Below are positions 1-8,903 of a stretch of 41,196 nucleotides of DNA, piece after piece; the first letter of the stretch is position 1, and each line of letters opens with the position of its first letter. This DNA comes from an uncultured Fibrobacterota bacterium (GTDB taxonomy: Bacteria > Fibrobacterota > Chitinivibrionia > Chitinivibrionales > FEN-1185), in assembly GCA_963753345.1 (NCBI GenBank), contig CAVWBU010000030.1:1-41196 (forward strand). The letters are read 5' to 3'. Under the pieces are notes generated by a model. The model had not been told where the DNA came from, did no database searches, and saw nothing but the letters and a program-made list of their open reading frames with translations. Position numbers and translations under genes: made by a program.

Positions 1-236
1 GCGCGACAACCGCCTCAACCGCCTTTGCCTCGTCCTTGCCCAAAGCACACACGGCAATTTTTGAATCGCACGCGGCGGCAAGCATCATGACCTCAGGATG
101 CTCTTTGCGTCCGCCGATTCTCGTCTTTTTCCAGCCAGATTCGGCATTCAAACAGGAGGGACGTTTGAACGATGAGAGAGGCCGGACGTGCATGGATGCC
201 AAGACGGTTGGTGATCGTAATTTCCTGCCGGGTCAT
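1..236 (-). pseudogene. ptsH: HPr phosphocarrier protein, 3'-truncated by window edge and apparently double-frameshifted
   Basis: Manual translation from ATG at 236 gives MTRQEITITNRLGIHARPASLIVQ (HPr His15 motif GxHARPA). ADAKSIL (Ser46 motif) and VMMLAA...GKDEAKAVEAV follow in shifted frames. ATGA overlap with the mlaD stop; ptsH is a usual member of rpoN operons. Confidence 0.85.
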
Positions 237-1183
237 GGGGTCTGCTTCTTGGTCTCCTTCTTGAATCCAAGCTTGAGCCTGAGCTTGAGACCGTCCTGCT
301 GCACATCGGACACCAGCGCATCGAGGTCCGCCACCGCTTTTTTGAGATCTTTGTAAAACTGTTCGTCGCTCACGAGCGCGCCGAGGGAACCCTCGCCGCG
401 CTCTATTTTTTTGACCATGGCCTGCAGCGAAGCGGTGATGGTGTCCACCGTGGACACGATGGCCACGGCGCGCGACGAAAGTGCGGTGCCGTTGGCCACG
501 ATGGTGTTGATCTGGGCCCTGTTCGAATCGAGGAGCTGCCGCATATCCGACGTGACTGCCTTGACATTCGAGATGCTCGCGTCGATCTTTCCCTTGTTGT
601 CGCGCACCAGGGTCTGGGCGAGCCTGGACACGGTGTCGAGCCTTCCGACGATGTGCCTGAACGCCGCGAAAAACGCCGAATCTCCCACGGTGCTGTCGAC
701 GATGGCCGACACGTTGGCGAGAAGCACGCGCGCATCGCCGAGTACCGATCCGAGCATGCCCATGGCCTCGGCAATGCCGCTGTCGAAGTTCCCCTTTATG
801 TAGGTGATCTTGCCTCTGGCGCTCGGCCGGATGACGGTTCCCTTTTCGGAAAGCTGGATGCCCACGGTGCGCTCGCCCATGAGGCCTATGTTCTGCACCG
901 TGATGGTCGACGAATCGGTGATATTTACGTCCTTGTCAACCTTGATCACCACGGTTACCCGGGAGCCGTTGAGGGCGATGGGGCCGACGACACCCTTGCG
1001 GACGCCGTTCACCTGCACGGGGTCGCCCTGCTGGAGCGAGCCGATGTTGGGGAAAAGCACGGTGTATTCCACCATGGAACGCGTGAGCGTGGAGCTCTTG
1101 AGCCACATCACGCCGGCAATAAGGATAAAGAGCGCGATGAGGATGAAACCGCCCACAATGAGTTCCATGTTGGTCTTTTTCAC
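233..1183 (-). CDS. MlaD/MCE family protein
   Basis: N-terminal TM anchor, MCE motif GSLQQGDPVQVNGVRKGVV...GLMGE, helical C-terminus with GEGSLGALV. Start set at GTG 1183 (RBS AAAGGA). Confidence 0.9.
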   Translation of the reverse strand: MKKTNMELIVGGFILIALFILIAGVMWLKSSTLTRSMVEYTVLFPNIGSLQQGDPVQVNGVRKGVVGPIALNGSRVTVVIKVDKDVNITDSSTITVQNIGLMGERTVGIQLSEKGTVIRPSARGKITYIKGNFDSGIAEAMGMLGSVLGDARVLLANVSAIVDSTVGDSAFFAAFRHIVGRLDTVSRLAQTLVRDNKGKIDASISNVKAVTSDMRQLLDSNRAQINTIVANGTALSSRAVAIVSTVDTITASLQAMVKKIERGEGSLGALVSDEQFYKDLKKAVADLDALVSDVQQDGLKLRLKLGFKKETKKQTP

Positions 1184-1262
1184 GCGGCATCCTTTCGGGA
1201 TTGCACCGGCGAGCGGGCCGGGGTGGTCGCTCCACCGCCGGCTGCCCAAGGATTCTTCTTAT

Positions 1263-1424
1263 GGGGACCTCTAAATATTCCTTTTCCGTTGCGGCTGGCT
1301 GCGAGCGGCATCAACTTTGTTGCTCCTCCTCGCCGTAGCGCCCATGGCTACGCCTCCTCGGAGCGCCTCGTCGCTGCTCGCTCTCGCTCAGCCTCACTTG
1401 AAAAACGAATAATTAGAGCTCCCC
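1263..1424. mobile_element. 162-bp MITE-like element with terminal inverted repeats and 4-bp target duplication
   Basis: Left end GGGGACCTCTAAATATTC (1263-1280) matches the reverse complement of the right end (1407-1424) at 16/18. TTAT flanks both sides (1259-1262, 1425-1428). The interior is palindromic and non-coding. Confidence 0.8.
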
Positions 1425-1550
1425 TTATGTAAAATACGTTTTTCGTCCGTCGCTCTTATAGTACTTTTTCCATTGCGCGACGATTCGATGTACCTTGACC
1501 GGACGCTCCGAAACGTTTCTTCGCGTTGCGGTTGTTTCACATTCTCGTAC

Positions 1551-1883
1551 TTATTTTTTTTCCTCGTCTTTTTGGGACCCGGCGCCCTTGTGGCTCTTGA
1601 TCTTCTCGTTGATCTTCTTAAGCTGCCGTTCCACTTTGGTTATTGCAAGGTCTATCGCCTTTCCCAGATTCTCGGCCTTCGCATTTCCCGCAACCGTGTG
1701 TCCCGCCATGTGCACCACGATCTCTATGATTTCCTTGCCCCGTTCCTTGTCGAGAACAACGTGACATGACGTGATGCGATCATAGAATCTCTGGAGTCCT
1801 TCCAGCTCGGCGGTAAGCGTGTCCTGCAGGCTCTGCGACGCTTTTTCGTGGCGGGACGTGATTTGAATTTCCATGAATACCAT
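1551..1883 (-). CDS. hpf: Ribosome hibernation promoting factor (HPF/RaiA)
   Basis: MEIQITSRH...AIDLAITKVERQLKK S30AE signature; downstream of rpoN. Confidence 0.92.
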   Translation of the reverse strand: MVFMEIQITSRHEKASQSLQDTLTAELEGLQRFYDRITSCHVVLDKERGKEIIEIVVHMAGHTVAGNAKAENLGKAIDLAITKVERQLKKINEKIKSHKGAGSQKDEEKK

Positions 1884-1996
1884 CCTTCCGGTTGTTTTGG
1901 TTCTCTCGTTTATTGTCGGTTAATAAACTGGGCGTTGCCTTGTTCCATTCTTTGTACAAAAATCGCGAAGCAGCTTTAATATCTGTATTGTTTCTC

Positions 1997-2024
1997 TTTC
2001 ACTCTCAACTTTCAACTTTTAACT
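1997..2024. repeat. Degenerate 7-bp tandem repeat overlapping the lipA stop
   Basis: TTTCACT CTCAACT TTCAACT TTTAACT. Confidence 0.6.
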
Positions 2025-2905
2025 TCTTTCATCATCTTTTCTGCTCCGTACGAGCTCCGCACAAACGGACCGGAACTCACCTCTGTAAAGCCGATGCCCA
2101 GCGCGAAATCCCGATAGTCTACGAACTGCTGCGGCGCGATGAAATCTGCAACGGCTATCTGGGATTTCGACGGCCGAAGGTACTGGCCTATGGTCACCAT
2201 GCTGCACCCGGCCGTGCGCATGTCGACAAGGGTACATTCGACTTCTGCGGTAGTTTCGCCAAGACCGACCATGAGACCGGACTTTACTCTAAGGTCCGCT
2301 CCGCATTCCGCGGCACGCGCAAGGATATCAAGCGACCTGCGGTACTGTGCCTGGGGCCGCACAGCCGGATACAGGCGCGGAACGGTTTCCACGTTGTGGT
2401 TGAACACATGCGGCCGCGCACCGAGCACGAGATCAAGAGCCTCCTGGTTCCCTCCAAAATCCGGCACAAGCACTTCTACCGAAACGGCCGGAAGCTCTTG
2501 CCTAATGACCCCGATGATTTCCGCGAACACGTGTGCGCCGCCGTCGGCAAGGTCGTCGCGCGTGACCGACGTCACCACGGCATGGGTTATCCCCATGCGG
2601 CGGACCGCCTCCGCCACGCGGCGCGGCTCGTCTTTGTCAAGAGGCCGCGGGGAACCGTGCGCAATCCCGCAGAACGCGCACGAGCGCGTGCAGGTGTTTC
2701 CCAGAATAAGAAACGTGGCCGTGCCCCTGCCGAAGCATTCGCTTCGGTTGGGGCATTTCGCCTCGGCGCACACGGTGTGAAGGCGGCCGTCGAGAAGCGA
2801 CTTTTCGAGCCGTTGAGCGACAGGCGACGCGACGAGCGGCCGCTTGAGCCACGGCGGCAGCCTATGGGAGACGGTCGGGGGCGGGCTGGTGCGCATGTCA
2901 ATCAT
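2012..2905 (-). CDS. lipA: Lipoyl synthase
   Basis: CX4CX5C (CAEAKCPNRSEC), CX3CX2C (CTRSCAFC), NHNVETV, GQYL, RSSY motifs. Confidence 0.97.
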   Translation of the reverse strand: MIDMRTSPPPTVSHRLPPWLKRPLVASPVAQRLEKSLLDGRLHTVCAEAKCPNRSECFGRGTATFLILGNTCTRSCAFCGIAHGSPRPLDKDEPRRVAEAVRRMGITHAVVTSVTRDDLADGGAHVFAEIIGVIRQELPAVSVEVLVPDFGGNQEALDLVLGARPHVFNHNVETVPRLYPAVRPQAQYRRSLDILARAAECGADLRVKSGLMVGLGETTAEVECTLVDMRTAGCSMVTIGQYLRPSKSQIAVADFIAPQQFVDYRDFALGIGFTEVSSGPFVRSSYGAEKMMKEVKS

Positions 2906-4325
2906 ATTTCTGTCTCATGCGCGCGGGAAGGATTTTCTGCTGCTCCCGGTATTTTGCCACGGTCCTGCGCGCCACCGTGAACCCCTCGCGGGCGAGGATT
3001 TCAGACAGCTTCTGGTCGCTCATCGGCTTTTTCGTGTTTTCGTTCTGCACGAGCTCGCCGATGCGGTTGCGGATTTTTTCGGCGGACACGTCCTCGCCGG
3101 CGAGGTCGTGACCCATGGATTCGGTGAAAAAGTACTTGAGTTCGTAAATCCCGTGCGGCGTTTGCACATACTTGTTGCTCGTGACGCGGCTCACGGTTGA
3201 AATGTGCATGTTCACCATGGTGGCGATGTCCTGCAGCTTGAGCGGGTTGAGGTTGGGCGGGCCCTTTTCGAAAAAGTCCTTCTGCCGCTCGACAATGGCC
3301 GACGTCACGCGGAGCATGGTGGTGCGGCGCTGCTCAATCGAACGCACGAGCCACGACGCGCCGTTGAGCTTTTCCCGTATGTAGTTCTTCACTTCCTTTT
3401 TGGCCGGACTGCCGCGCTTGAGAAGCTGAAGGTACGACCGGTTGATGTGGACCGCGGGCGTGTGGCGGTCGTTGAGCATCACCACATACTCGCCGTCAAC
3501 CTTTTCCACGATGAGGTCGGGCACGATGGTTGACGGAATTTCGCCGGTGACCAGCGAGCCCGGTTTGGGATGGAGGGTCTTGATCTCGTCGATGGCCGCC
3601 TGCACTTCCCGGACGTCAACCCCGCACTGTCGTGCTATTTCGGGAACCTTGAGCTTCTCGAACAGCTCCCACGTTTCGGTGATGATGCGCATGGCAAGGG
3701 AGTTCTCCCGGTGCCGGGCGGCAAGCTGGAGCCTGAGGCATTCCTGCAGCGACCGGGCGCCCATGCCCGCGGGTTCCATGGTCCATATCACCTTGAGCGC
3801 CTCTTCGACTTCGATTTCGGTAATGCCGAGATATTCCGCGATGTCGTGAGGGGAAAGGCGGAGGTACCCGTCGGGCTCCAGGCTGCCAATGAGAAAGGTG
3901 ACCAGCAATTTCTGTTTTTCTTCGATGTTCTTGTCGTTGAGCTGTGTGGTGAGGTGTTCGTCGAGCGAAACCTGCTGCACCGGCTGCGGCTCCCAGTGCT
4001 CCTTGTTCGGGTCGGTCTCCTCGCTCATTTTCCCGCCGATGTCGAACCCCTCCTCGAGGTATTCCTCCCAGTCAATCTGGTCCTCGTTGACCTCGAGCTC
4101 CTCTTCACTGTCCTTTTCCGCAACCTCGTCCTGGGATTCCTCGTCCTTCTCCTCCGGTTCCTCCTCGGCGTCGTCGGTGGTCTCGAGCACCGGGTTCATC
4201 TCCAGTTCGGTCTTGAGCAGCTGCTCGAGCTGCAGGGTGTTCACCTGCAGAAGCTTGAGCGACTGTATCATCTGAAAGGACAGCTTCTGCTGAAGCCGCA
4301 TTGAGAGGTCGAGGCCGAGGTTCAC
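2898..4325 (-). CDS. rpoN: RNA polymerase sigma-54 factor
   Basis: Q/L-rich region I, acidic region II, HISTVSR HTH, RpoN box ARRTVAKYRE. Confidence 0.98.
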   Translation of the reverse strand: MNLGLDLSMRLQQKLSFQMIQSLKLLQVNTLQLEQLLKTELEMNPVLETTDDAEEEPEEKDEESQDEVAEKDSEEELEVNEDQIDWEEYLEEGFDIGGKMSEETDPNKEHWEPQPVQQVSLDEHLTTQLNDKNIEEKQKLLVTFLIGSLEPDGYLRLSPHDIAEYLGITEIEVEEALKVIWTMEPAGMGARSLQECLRLQLAARHRENSLAMRIITETWELFEKLKVPEIARQCGVDVREVQAAIDEIKTLHPKPGSLVTGEIPSTIVPDLIVEKVDGEYVVMLNDRHTPAVHINRSYLQLLKRGSPAKKEVKNYIREKLNGASWLVRSIEQRRTTMLRVTSAIVERQKDFFEKGPPNLNPLKLQDIATMVNMHISTVSRVTSNKYVQTPHGIYELKYFFTESMGHDLAGEDVSAEKIRNRIGELVQNENTKKPMSDQKLSEILAREGFTVARRTVAKYREQQKILPARMRQKYD

Positions 4326-4352
4326 GGGAAGTCCAGTCCTTTTATTGCTCTA

Positions 4353-4368
4353 GTCAAATTTCATGCCA
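4353..4368 (-). promoter_or_regulatory. Sigma54-like -24/-12 site with altered -12 element upstream of rpoN
   Basis: Minus strand reads TGGCATGAAATTTGAC (GG-N10-GA versus consensus TGGCAC-N5-TTGC), ~28 nt upstream of the rpoN start. Confidence 0.5.
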
Positions 4369-4488
4369 TAAAACATCTTCTATAAAACTATATCATGAAA
4401 AAATGGAAATAAAACAGTGGGAAAGTAAAATGAGGAAATTTCAATTGAAGGGGAGGTTCAGCTTGTCTTGAAACACGAGAGAAGATAT

Positions 4489-4949
4489 GGGCGCCCCGCC
4501 GAAGACGGCGGCGGCCCTCCTTCCGGTCTCGGCCTGCGGCCTCGGGCCGCCACGGCCCTATGCCTTTTGTAGAAACGCAGCGCCGCTGTGTCTCTACAAA
4601 AGGCGGGTCCGGGCGGCATCGCGCTCCAGCGCGACCTCCAGTCCGGCCTGGCGCGCGGCATCAGAAACGCGTTCTGTCAATGAGTTTTTCTCGCGCCAAT
4701 TGGGATTTTTTGGCAGGAAAGCGGTCACTGGTGTTTCCCAAACGGTTGGCTTCCCCCGGGGAGGGGATGAGGCGAAAGGAGAATTCAATTGATCAGTCTT
4801 CTGTCAACAACTCTCCGCGGGTGCCCTCCAACCGAAGCTTGATACTTGCAACCATTTTTCCTAGGGGGTCACCCAGGAGGGGGCAGCGCAGGACACCGCA
4901 GGCCGCAGGCCGAGGAGGCCGGAGCGAGGGGGAAACTTCCCCCGCCCAA
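4489..4949 (+). repeat. Bipartite structured intergenic element, copy 1 (module A 4489-4654, module B 4862-4949)
   Basis: GGGCGCCCC..GGCCCTCCTTCCGGTCTCGGCC..CCTCCAGTCCGGCCTGGCGC, then CCCAGGAGGGGG..GGGGGAAACTTCCCCC; homologous to three other loci in the window. Confidence 0.88.
4569..4597. repeat. GTAG-type REP-like palindrome nested in element copy 1
   Basis: GTAGAAACGCAGCGCCGCTGTGTCTCTAC, extended by CCTTTT/AAAAGG arms; absent from the other copies. Confidence 0.6.
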
Positions 4950-4973
4950 ACCAATATTTTTTTCCATTATCAA

Positions 4974-5753
4974 TTAATCTAATTTGAATTTCTGCCCCAG
5001 ATAAATCCTCCTCGCCTCCGGGTTCTCCGCCAGTTCCTTCGAAGTCCCGGAAATGAGGATCTTTCCTTCCGAGATAATATACGCACGGTCGGTGATCCTT
5101 AACGTCTCGCGCACATTATGATCCGTAATCAAAATTCCATAGTTTTTGCTTCGCAGGTCATGCACGATGCTCTGGATGTCTTCCACCGCAATGGGGTCGA
5201 TGCCGGCGAACGGCTCGTCGAGCAGGATGAAATCGGGCTTGTTGGCGAGGGCGCGGGCGATTTCCACGCGGCGGCGTTCGCCGCCGGAAAGCTGGTATCC
5301 AAGGCTCTTTTCCAGATGCGACACATGCAGTTCTTCGAGCAATTGGTGCATGCGCTCCTTGCGCACCCTTGCGCCCATGTGCTGCGATTCGAGAATGGCC
5401 AGAATATTGTCGCCCACCGAAAGCTTGCGGAAGATGGAGGCCTCCTGCGACAGGTAGCCGATGCCCATGCGCGCCCGCTTGTACATGGGTCTGCGCGAGA
5501 TGTCGTGGTTGTCAAGGAAGATTCTTCCCCTGTTGGCCCGTATCATGCCCACGATCATGTAGAACGTGGTGGTCTTGCCCGCGCCGTTGGGGCCCAGAAG
5601 CCCCACGATTTCGCCCTGCTGCACGGTGATGGTCACGCAGTCGACCACCCGGCGCTTGCTGTAGATTTTCACCAGGTCCTCGGTCCGGATCTCTCTGGCT
5701 GGCGGGGACGCTGCTGCCGCTTGCGCGGCGTCGTTGTGGATGTTTTCGGTCAC
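4974..5753 (-). CDS. lptB: LPS export ABC transporter ATP-binding protein
   Basis: [49 protein letters not shown]. Start at GTG 5753 overlaps the upstream stop. Confidence 0.97.
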   Translation of the reverse strand: MTENIHNDAAQAAAASPPAREIRTEDLVKIYSKRRVVDCVTITVQQGEIVGLLGPNGAGKTTTFYMIVGMIRANRGRIFLDNHDISRRPMYKRARMGIGYLSQEASIFRKLSVGDNILAILESQHMGARVRKERMHQLLEELHVSHLEKSLGYQLSGGERRRVEIARALANKPDFILLDEPFAGIDPIAVEDIQSIVHDLRSKNYGILITDHNVRETLRITDRAYIISEGKILISGTSKELAENPEARRIYLGQKFKLD

Positions 5754-6913
5754 TTGGGCGGTTCCTTTTTTGCGGGAGGTTTGGCCTTTTCCTGTATGCC
5801 GCTGTCCGCGGCGGGTCGGGGCGGCGCGGGCTGGGGCGCGTAGAACCCGCGCACAGTGCCCGAGAGCTTCACGTGCGTCGCTTTCCCTTTTGCAAACGAA
5901 ACGGTGATGCTGTCGCCGCTCGCCTCGTTTCTGCCCCGGCCGTCCTTTTCCTCCACGGTGTAGATGCTGCGGGCGTTGCCCCACACCTTGACGCGCGAGA
6001 CTTCGCCCCGGCGGTTGAACCAGACGGTCATGAGCTTTCCGTACACCTCGTTGGTGGCAAGCGGGTTCTTTATAGGGTAGTACTTGCTCTTTACGTTGCC
6101 GATTGCCCACATGGAATCGATCCTGCCCGAATCGGTGAGAAACATGGAGATGCTGTCGCCGAACAGGTGGGTGAGCGTGGTGTCGGACGCGCCGAAATCC
6201 TTGTACAGGCCGTGCGAGGAGCCGTTCACCTTCACCCGCTGCAGGTGTTTCTTGGTGAACAGCAGGTCGACCGAGTCGCCGGCAAGGGAGTCGGTCTCGT
6301 ACGCGATCCTCGGGATCTTCCGCAGCCGCGCCTTGCCCGAATCGGGAAAATAGAACGCCTGCTCCGAGTGCGTGAACAGCTTGCCCTTCGCCACGGTGAC
6401 GTTTTCGTACACCGACGCCTTCTTGAGCGAATCGTCGTAGGTCATCTTCTTTCCCCTGATGTCAAGCGTATCGTGGGCCGCCGTATCATAAAATACGAAC
6501 CGCGGGTGTCCCTCCATCACGAGAAATTTCTTGTCGAGATAATAGCTGCCGTGATCGCCGATAAGCCGGATGCGTTCTTTTCTGTCGAAGAAATCGACGT
6601 GGCCGTCGGCGATGAGCCACTTCTTGTTCTTGTCGTAGTCCATGCGGTCGCTCGTAAGTTTCTGGCTGGTCCTGTCCACCGAAACCCTGTCGGTGAACGT
6701 CACCGTGCCCTGGGACTTGCACCACCGGGCGTTTTCCGATTTTATCAACGCATCGTCGTACAGAAACACCACGTTGCCCGTGAGCGTGGAGACCAATTCG
6801 CCGTCTTTGGACATGGTATTAATATTTGAGTTTGCCGATTTCAGAATTAGGTCTGGTGATTTTGCAAATACCAGAGTAACTATTCCAAGGATGATGAGAT
6901 TTGTTTTTTTCAT
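5750..6913 (-). CDS. LptA/OstA-like beta-jellyroll LPS transport protein
   Basis: Signal peptide [10 protein letters not shown], repeated OstA-like beta motifs (LTGNVVF, GNV, GDSI), position between lptC and lptB. Confidence 0.85.
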   Translation of the reverse strand: MKKTNLIILGIVTLVFAKSPDLILKSANSNINTMSKDGELVSTLTGNVVFLYDDALIKSENARWCKSQGTVTFTDRVSVDRTSQKLTSDRMDYDKNKKWLIADGHVDFFDRKERIRLIGDHGSYYLDKKFLVMEGHPRFVFYDTAAHDTLDIRGKKMTYDDSLKKASVYENVTVAKGKLFTHSEQAFYFPDSGKARLRKIPRIAYETDSLAGDSVDLLFTKKHLQRVKVNGSSHGLYKDFGASDTTLTHLFGDSISMFLTDSGRIDSMWAIGNVKSKYYPIKNPLATNEVYGKLMTVWFNRRGEVSRVKVWGNARSIYTVEEKDGRGRNEASGDSITVSFAKGKATHVKLSGTVRGFYAPQPAPPRPAADSGIQEKAKPPAKKEPPK

Positions 6914-6924
6914 TTCTTTGTCCT

Positions 6925-7330
6925 TTGGTGGGGGCACCGCTACGCGTTTCCCCCTGGCCCCAAGCCTCCTCGTCCCGCGGGACTGCGGGGTCTCGGGGCA
7001 CACCCTCTCCAGCAAAGGGGCGCGCCTAGTGCGCTCGACTTGCGCTCGCGCGGCGTCGCCCCTTCGCAACGCAACTGCTATAGAAAATCCCGCTCCGCCT
7101 TCGGCACCTCCCCCTTGACAAGGGGGAGGAAATCTAAAACAAATACGGTCTAATCAAGTCACTTTACAATCGCGGCAGTCGCCTTCTGCCCGCGCGCCAG
7201 GCAGGACTGGAGGTCCCGCCATTGCGGGATGCCGCCCGGACCCGGCCCTGTGGGCCATAGGGCCGTGGCGGCCCGAGGCCGAAGGCTGAGACCGGAAGGA
7301 CGGCCGCCGTTGCGAAGCAGCGGGGCGCCC
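6925..7330 (-). repeat. Bipartite structured intergenic element, copy 2 (A 7194-7330, B ~6925-7064)
   Basis: Minus strand GGGCGCCCC..GGCCGTCCTTCCGGTCTCAGCC..CCTCCAGTCCTGCCTGGCGC, then GGAGAGGGTGTGCCCC..GGGGGAAAC..CCCCCACCAA. Confidence 0.85.
7107..7129. repeat. Perfect 11-bp inverted repeat in the spacer of element copy 2
   Basis: CCTCCCCCTTG-A-CAAGGGGGAGG, preceded by a GCCTTCGGC mini-hairpin. Confidence 0.7.
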
Positions 7331-7352
7331 AATTCCTTCTTCATATCTTGAA

Positions 7353-7931
7353 TTAATAGAAATTATCCCCCTTTTCCGCCCTCTCTTTGAAATTCGGAAA
7401 TCTCCCGGTCACGTTGGACTCGAACTTCCACCAGGAAAAGTCTTCCGCTGCGTCAAGGCCTTTTCCCTGCAGAACGTCGCCCTTGAGCGTCTTGATCTGC
7501 ACGTACTCGTCGGAGGTGACCCGGTGGTTCTTGATGTTCCAGTAGAGCCGCTGCGACGTGACCCGCACCCCGTTTTCCGCCTTGACGTATGCGTTTCCCC
7601 ACACGCAGAAGAGCTGCATGGGGCCGTCGGTGGTGCCGGAGTCCGACAGGACGTACATGATTTCCTTGCCGAGCGAGTCGTACACGTGAAGTTTGACCGG
7701 GTTCGCCAGTATGTGGCCGGTGTCGGCGAGGAATTTCTTCATGTGTTTCGATTCGAGCCGCCACTTGAGCCGGCCGCCGTCATAATCCGACATGGCCGTG
7801 GAATCGACCTCCTGGTACGGATGGTCCACGAGCGCGTCGGACACGGGCACCGATTCCTTTTTCGGGCCGCACGAGACAAGCACCGCCGCGGCGAGCGCCG
7901 CGCAAACGACATTTCTCTGCGGTGCTTTCAT
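7353..7931 (-). CDS. lptC: LPS export periplasmic protein LptC (lipoprotein)
   Basis: Lipobox LVSC, LYWN..VTSD..V.I...G..LQGKG motif, upstream of lptA/lptB. Confidence 0.88.
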   Translation of the reverse strand: MKAPQRNVVCAALAAAVLVSCGPKKESVPVSDALVDHPYQEVDSTAMSDYDGGRLKWRLESKHMKKFLADTGHILANPVKLHVYDSLGKEIMYVLSDSGTTDGPMQLFCVWGNAYVKAENGVRVTSQRLYWNIKNHRVTSDEYVQIKTLKGDVLQGKGLDAAEDFSWWKFESNVTGRFPNFKERAEKGDNFY

Positions 7932-8836
7932 TTGTCAACCAGCATTTCTATGGTTGGAACGTTGTGGTACCCGGCATCGGTCGGTTTTGTCTTCCAGCGA
8001 CGGTGCATCCACACCCATTGCTCCGGGTGCGCGAGGATGGTTTCGCCGATGGCCGCGTTGATGCGTTCCACGTTCTTCACCAGGTCGGCGTCCGAGCCGG
8101 CGCCGGTTTCAAGGGGGATTTTTCTGACAAACACGCGGTGGATGTCGCCGGACTCGCGCGCCGTGGTGATCACGAACACCGGAAGGTTATGACGCATGGC
8201 GAGCTTTACGGTGCCGCTCGGCGTGAAGGCGAGGCGCCCCAGGAAATGGGCGAACACGCCGTCGACGCTCGTGTCCTGGTCCAGAAGCACGCCGAACAGC
8301 CGCCCCTCGGCCAGAAGCTTGAGGAACCTCCGAAGGTTTTCCGTTCGGTGAAGGTACACGATGTTCTCGCCCGAGCGGTGGCGCTTGATGAGCTCGTCGA
8401 TCCTCCGGTCGTACAGCTCCCGTCCTATGGCAAAGCAGGCGAATCCCTGCGCCGCAAAGTAATGGAGGAGCATCTCGAAGCAGCCCGTGTGCGCGGTGAT
8501 GGTGAGCACGCCCTGTTTCCGGTTGTACGCTTCCCACACGGGACCGAGGTCGTCGCTATGTACTATCTTGTCAAGTTGGGCTTTGTTCAGGCGGGACAGG
8601 TACAGCGCGTCGAACAGGTTCTTGCCGAGGTTGACATACACGGCGCGCGCTCTCCGGCCGATTTCCTGCTCCGTCAACTGAGAACCGAACACCTGGCGCA
8701 GATGGTCCTTGCACCACCCTCGGTCCTTTGTGGGCAAAAGATAAAAGAGCCCGCCCAGCATGCCGAACAGCGCAAGGCCGGGCCTGCGCGGGAGCAGGCG
8801 CCACAGCGCGGCCACAAGGAGCGCCATGGTGTACAC
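7928..8836 (-). CDS. Lipid A late acyltransferase (LpxL/HtrB family)
   Basis: TAHTGCFE (H-X4-E), LLDQD, FLGR, HPEQWVWMHRRWK. The true start may lie slightly upstream (~8872). Confidence 0.92.
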   Translation of the reverse strand: MYTMALLVAALWRLLPRRPGLALFGMLGGLFYLLPTKDRGWCKDHLRQVFGSQLTEQEIGRRARAVYVNLGKNLFDALYLSRLNKAQLDKIVHSDDLGPVWEAYNRKQGVLTITAHTGCFEMLLHYFAAQGFACFAIGRELYDRRIDELIKRHRSGENIVYLHRTENLRRFLKLLAEGRLFGVLLDQDTSVDGVFAHFLGRLAFTPSGTVKLAMRHNLPVFVITTARESGDIHRVFVRKIPLETGAGSDADLVKNVERINAAIGETILAHPEQWVWMHRRWKTKPTDAGYHNVPTIEMLVDK

Positions 8837-8903
8837 GGTGTCGTTCTTGAACTGTTTGATGAGGTTGCTGATGCTTGGCCCCGCCCTGTTTTCAGGTCCT
8901 GGG

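Noticed and set aside
1473-1769. + strand ORF whose start is vaguely rpsU-like
   Set aside because: Antisense to hpf and lacks the basic S21 motifs.
4458-4982. Short ORFs over the repeated element (also 7159-7344, 20108-20494, 20254-21042, 24225-24695)
   Set aside because: The reading frame is not conserved between copies and the changes preserve base pairing, not codons.
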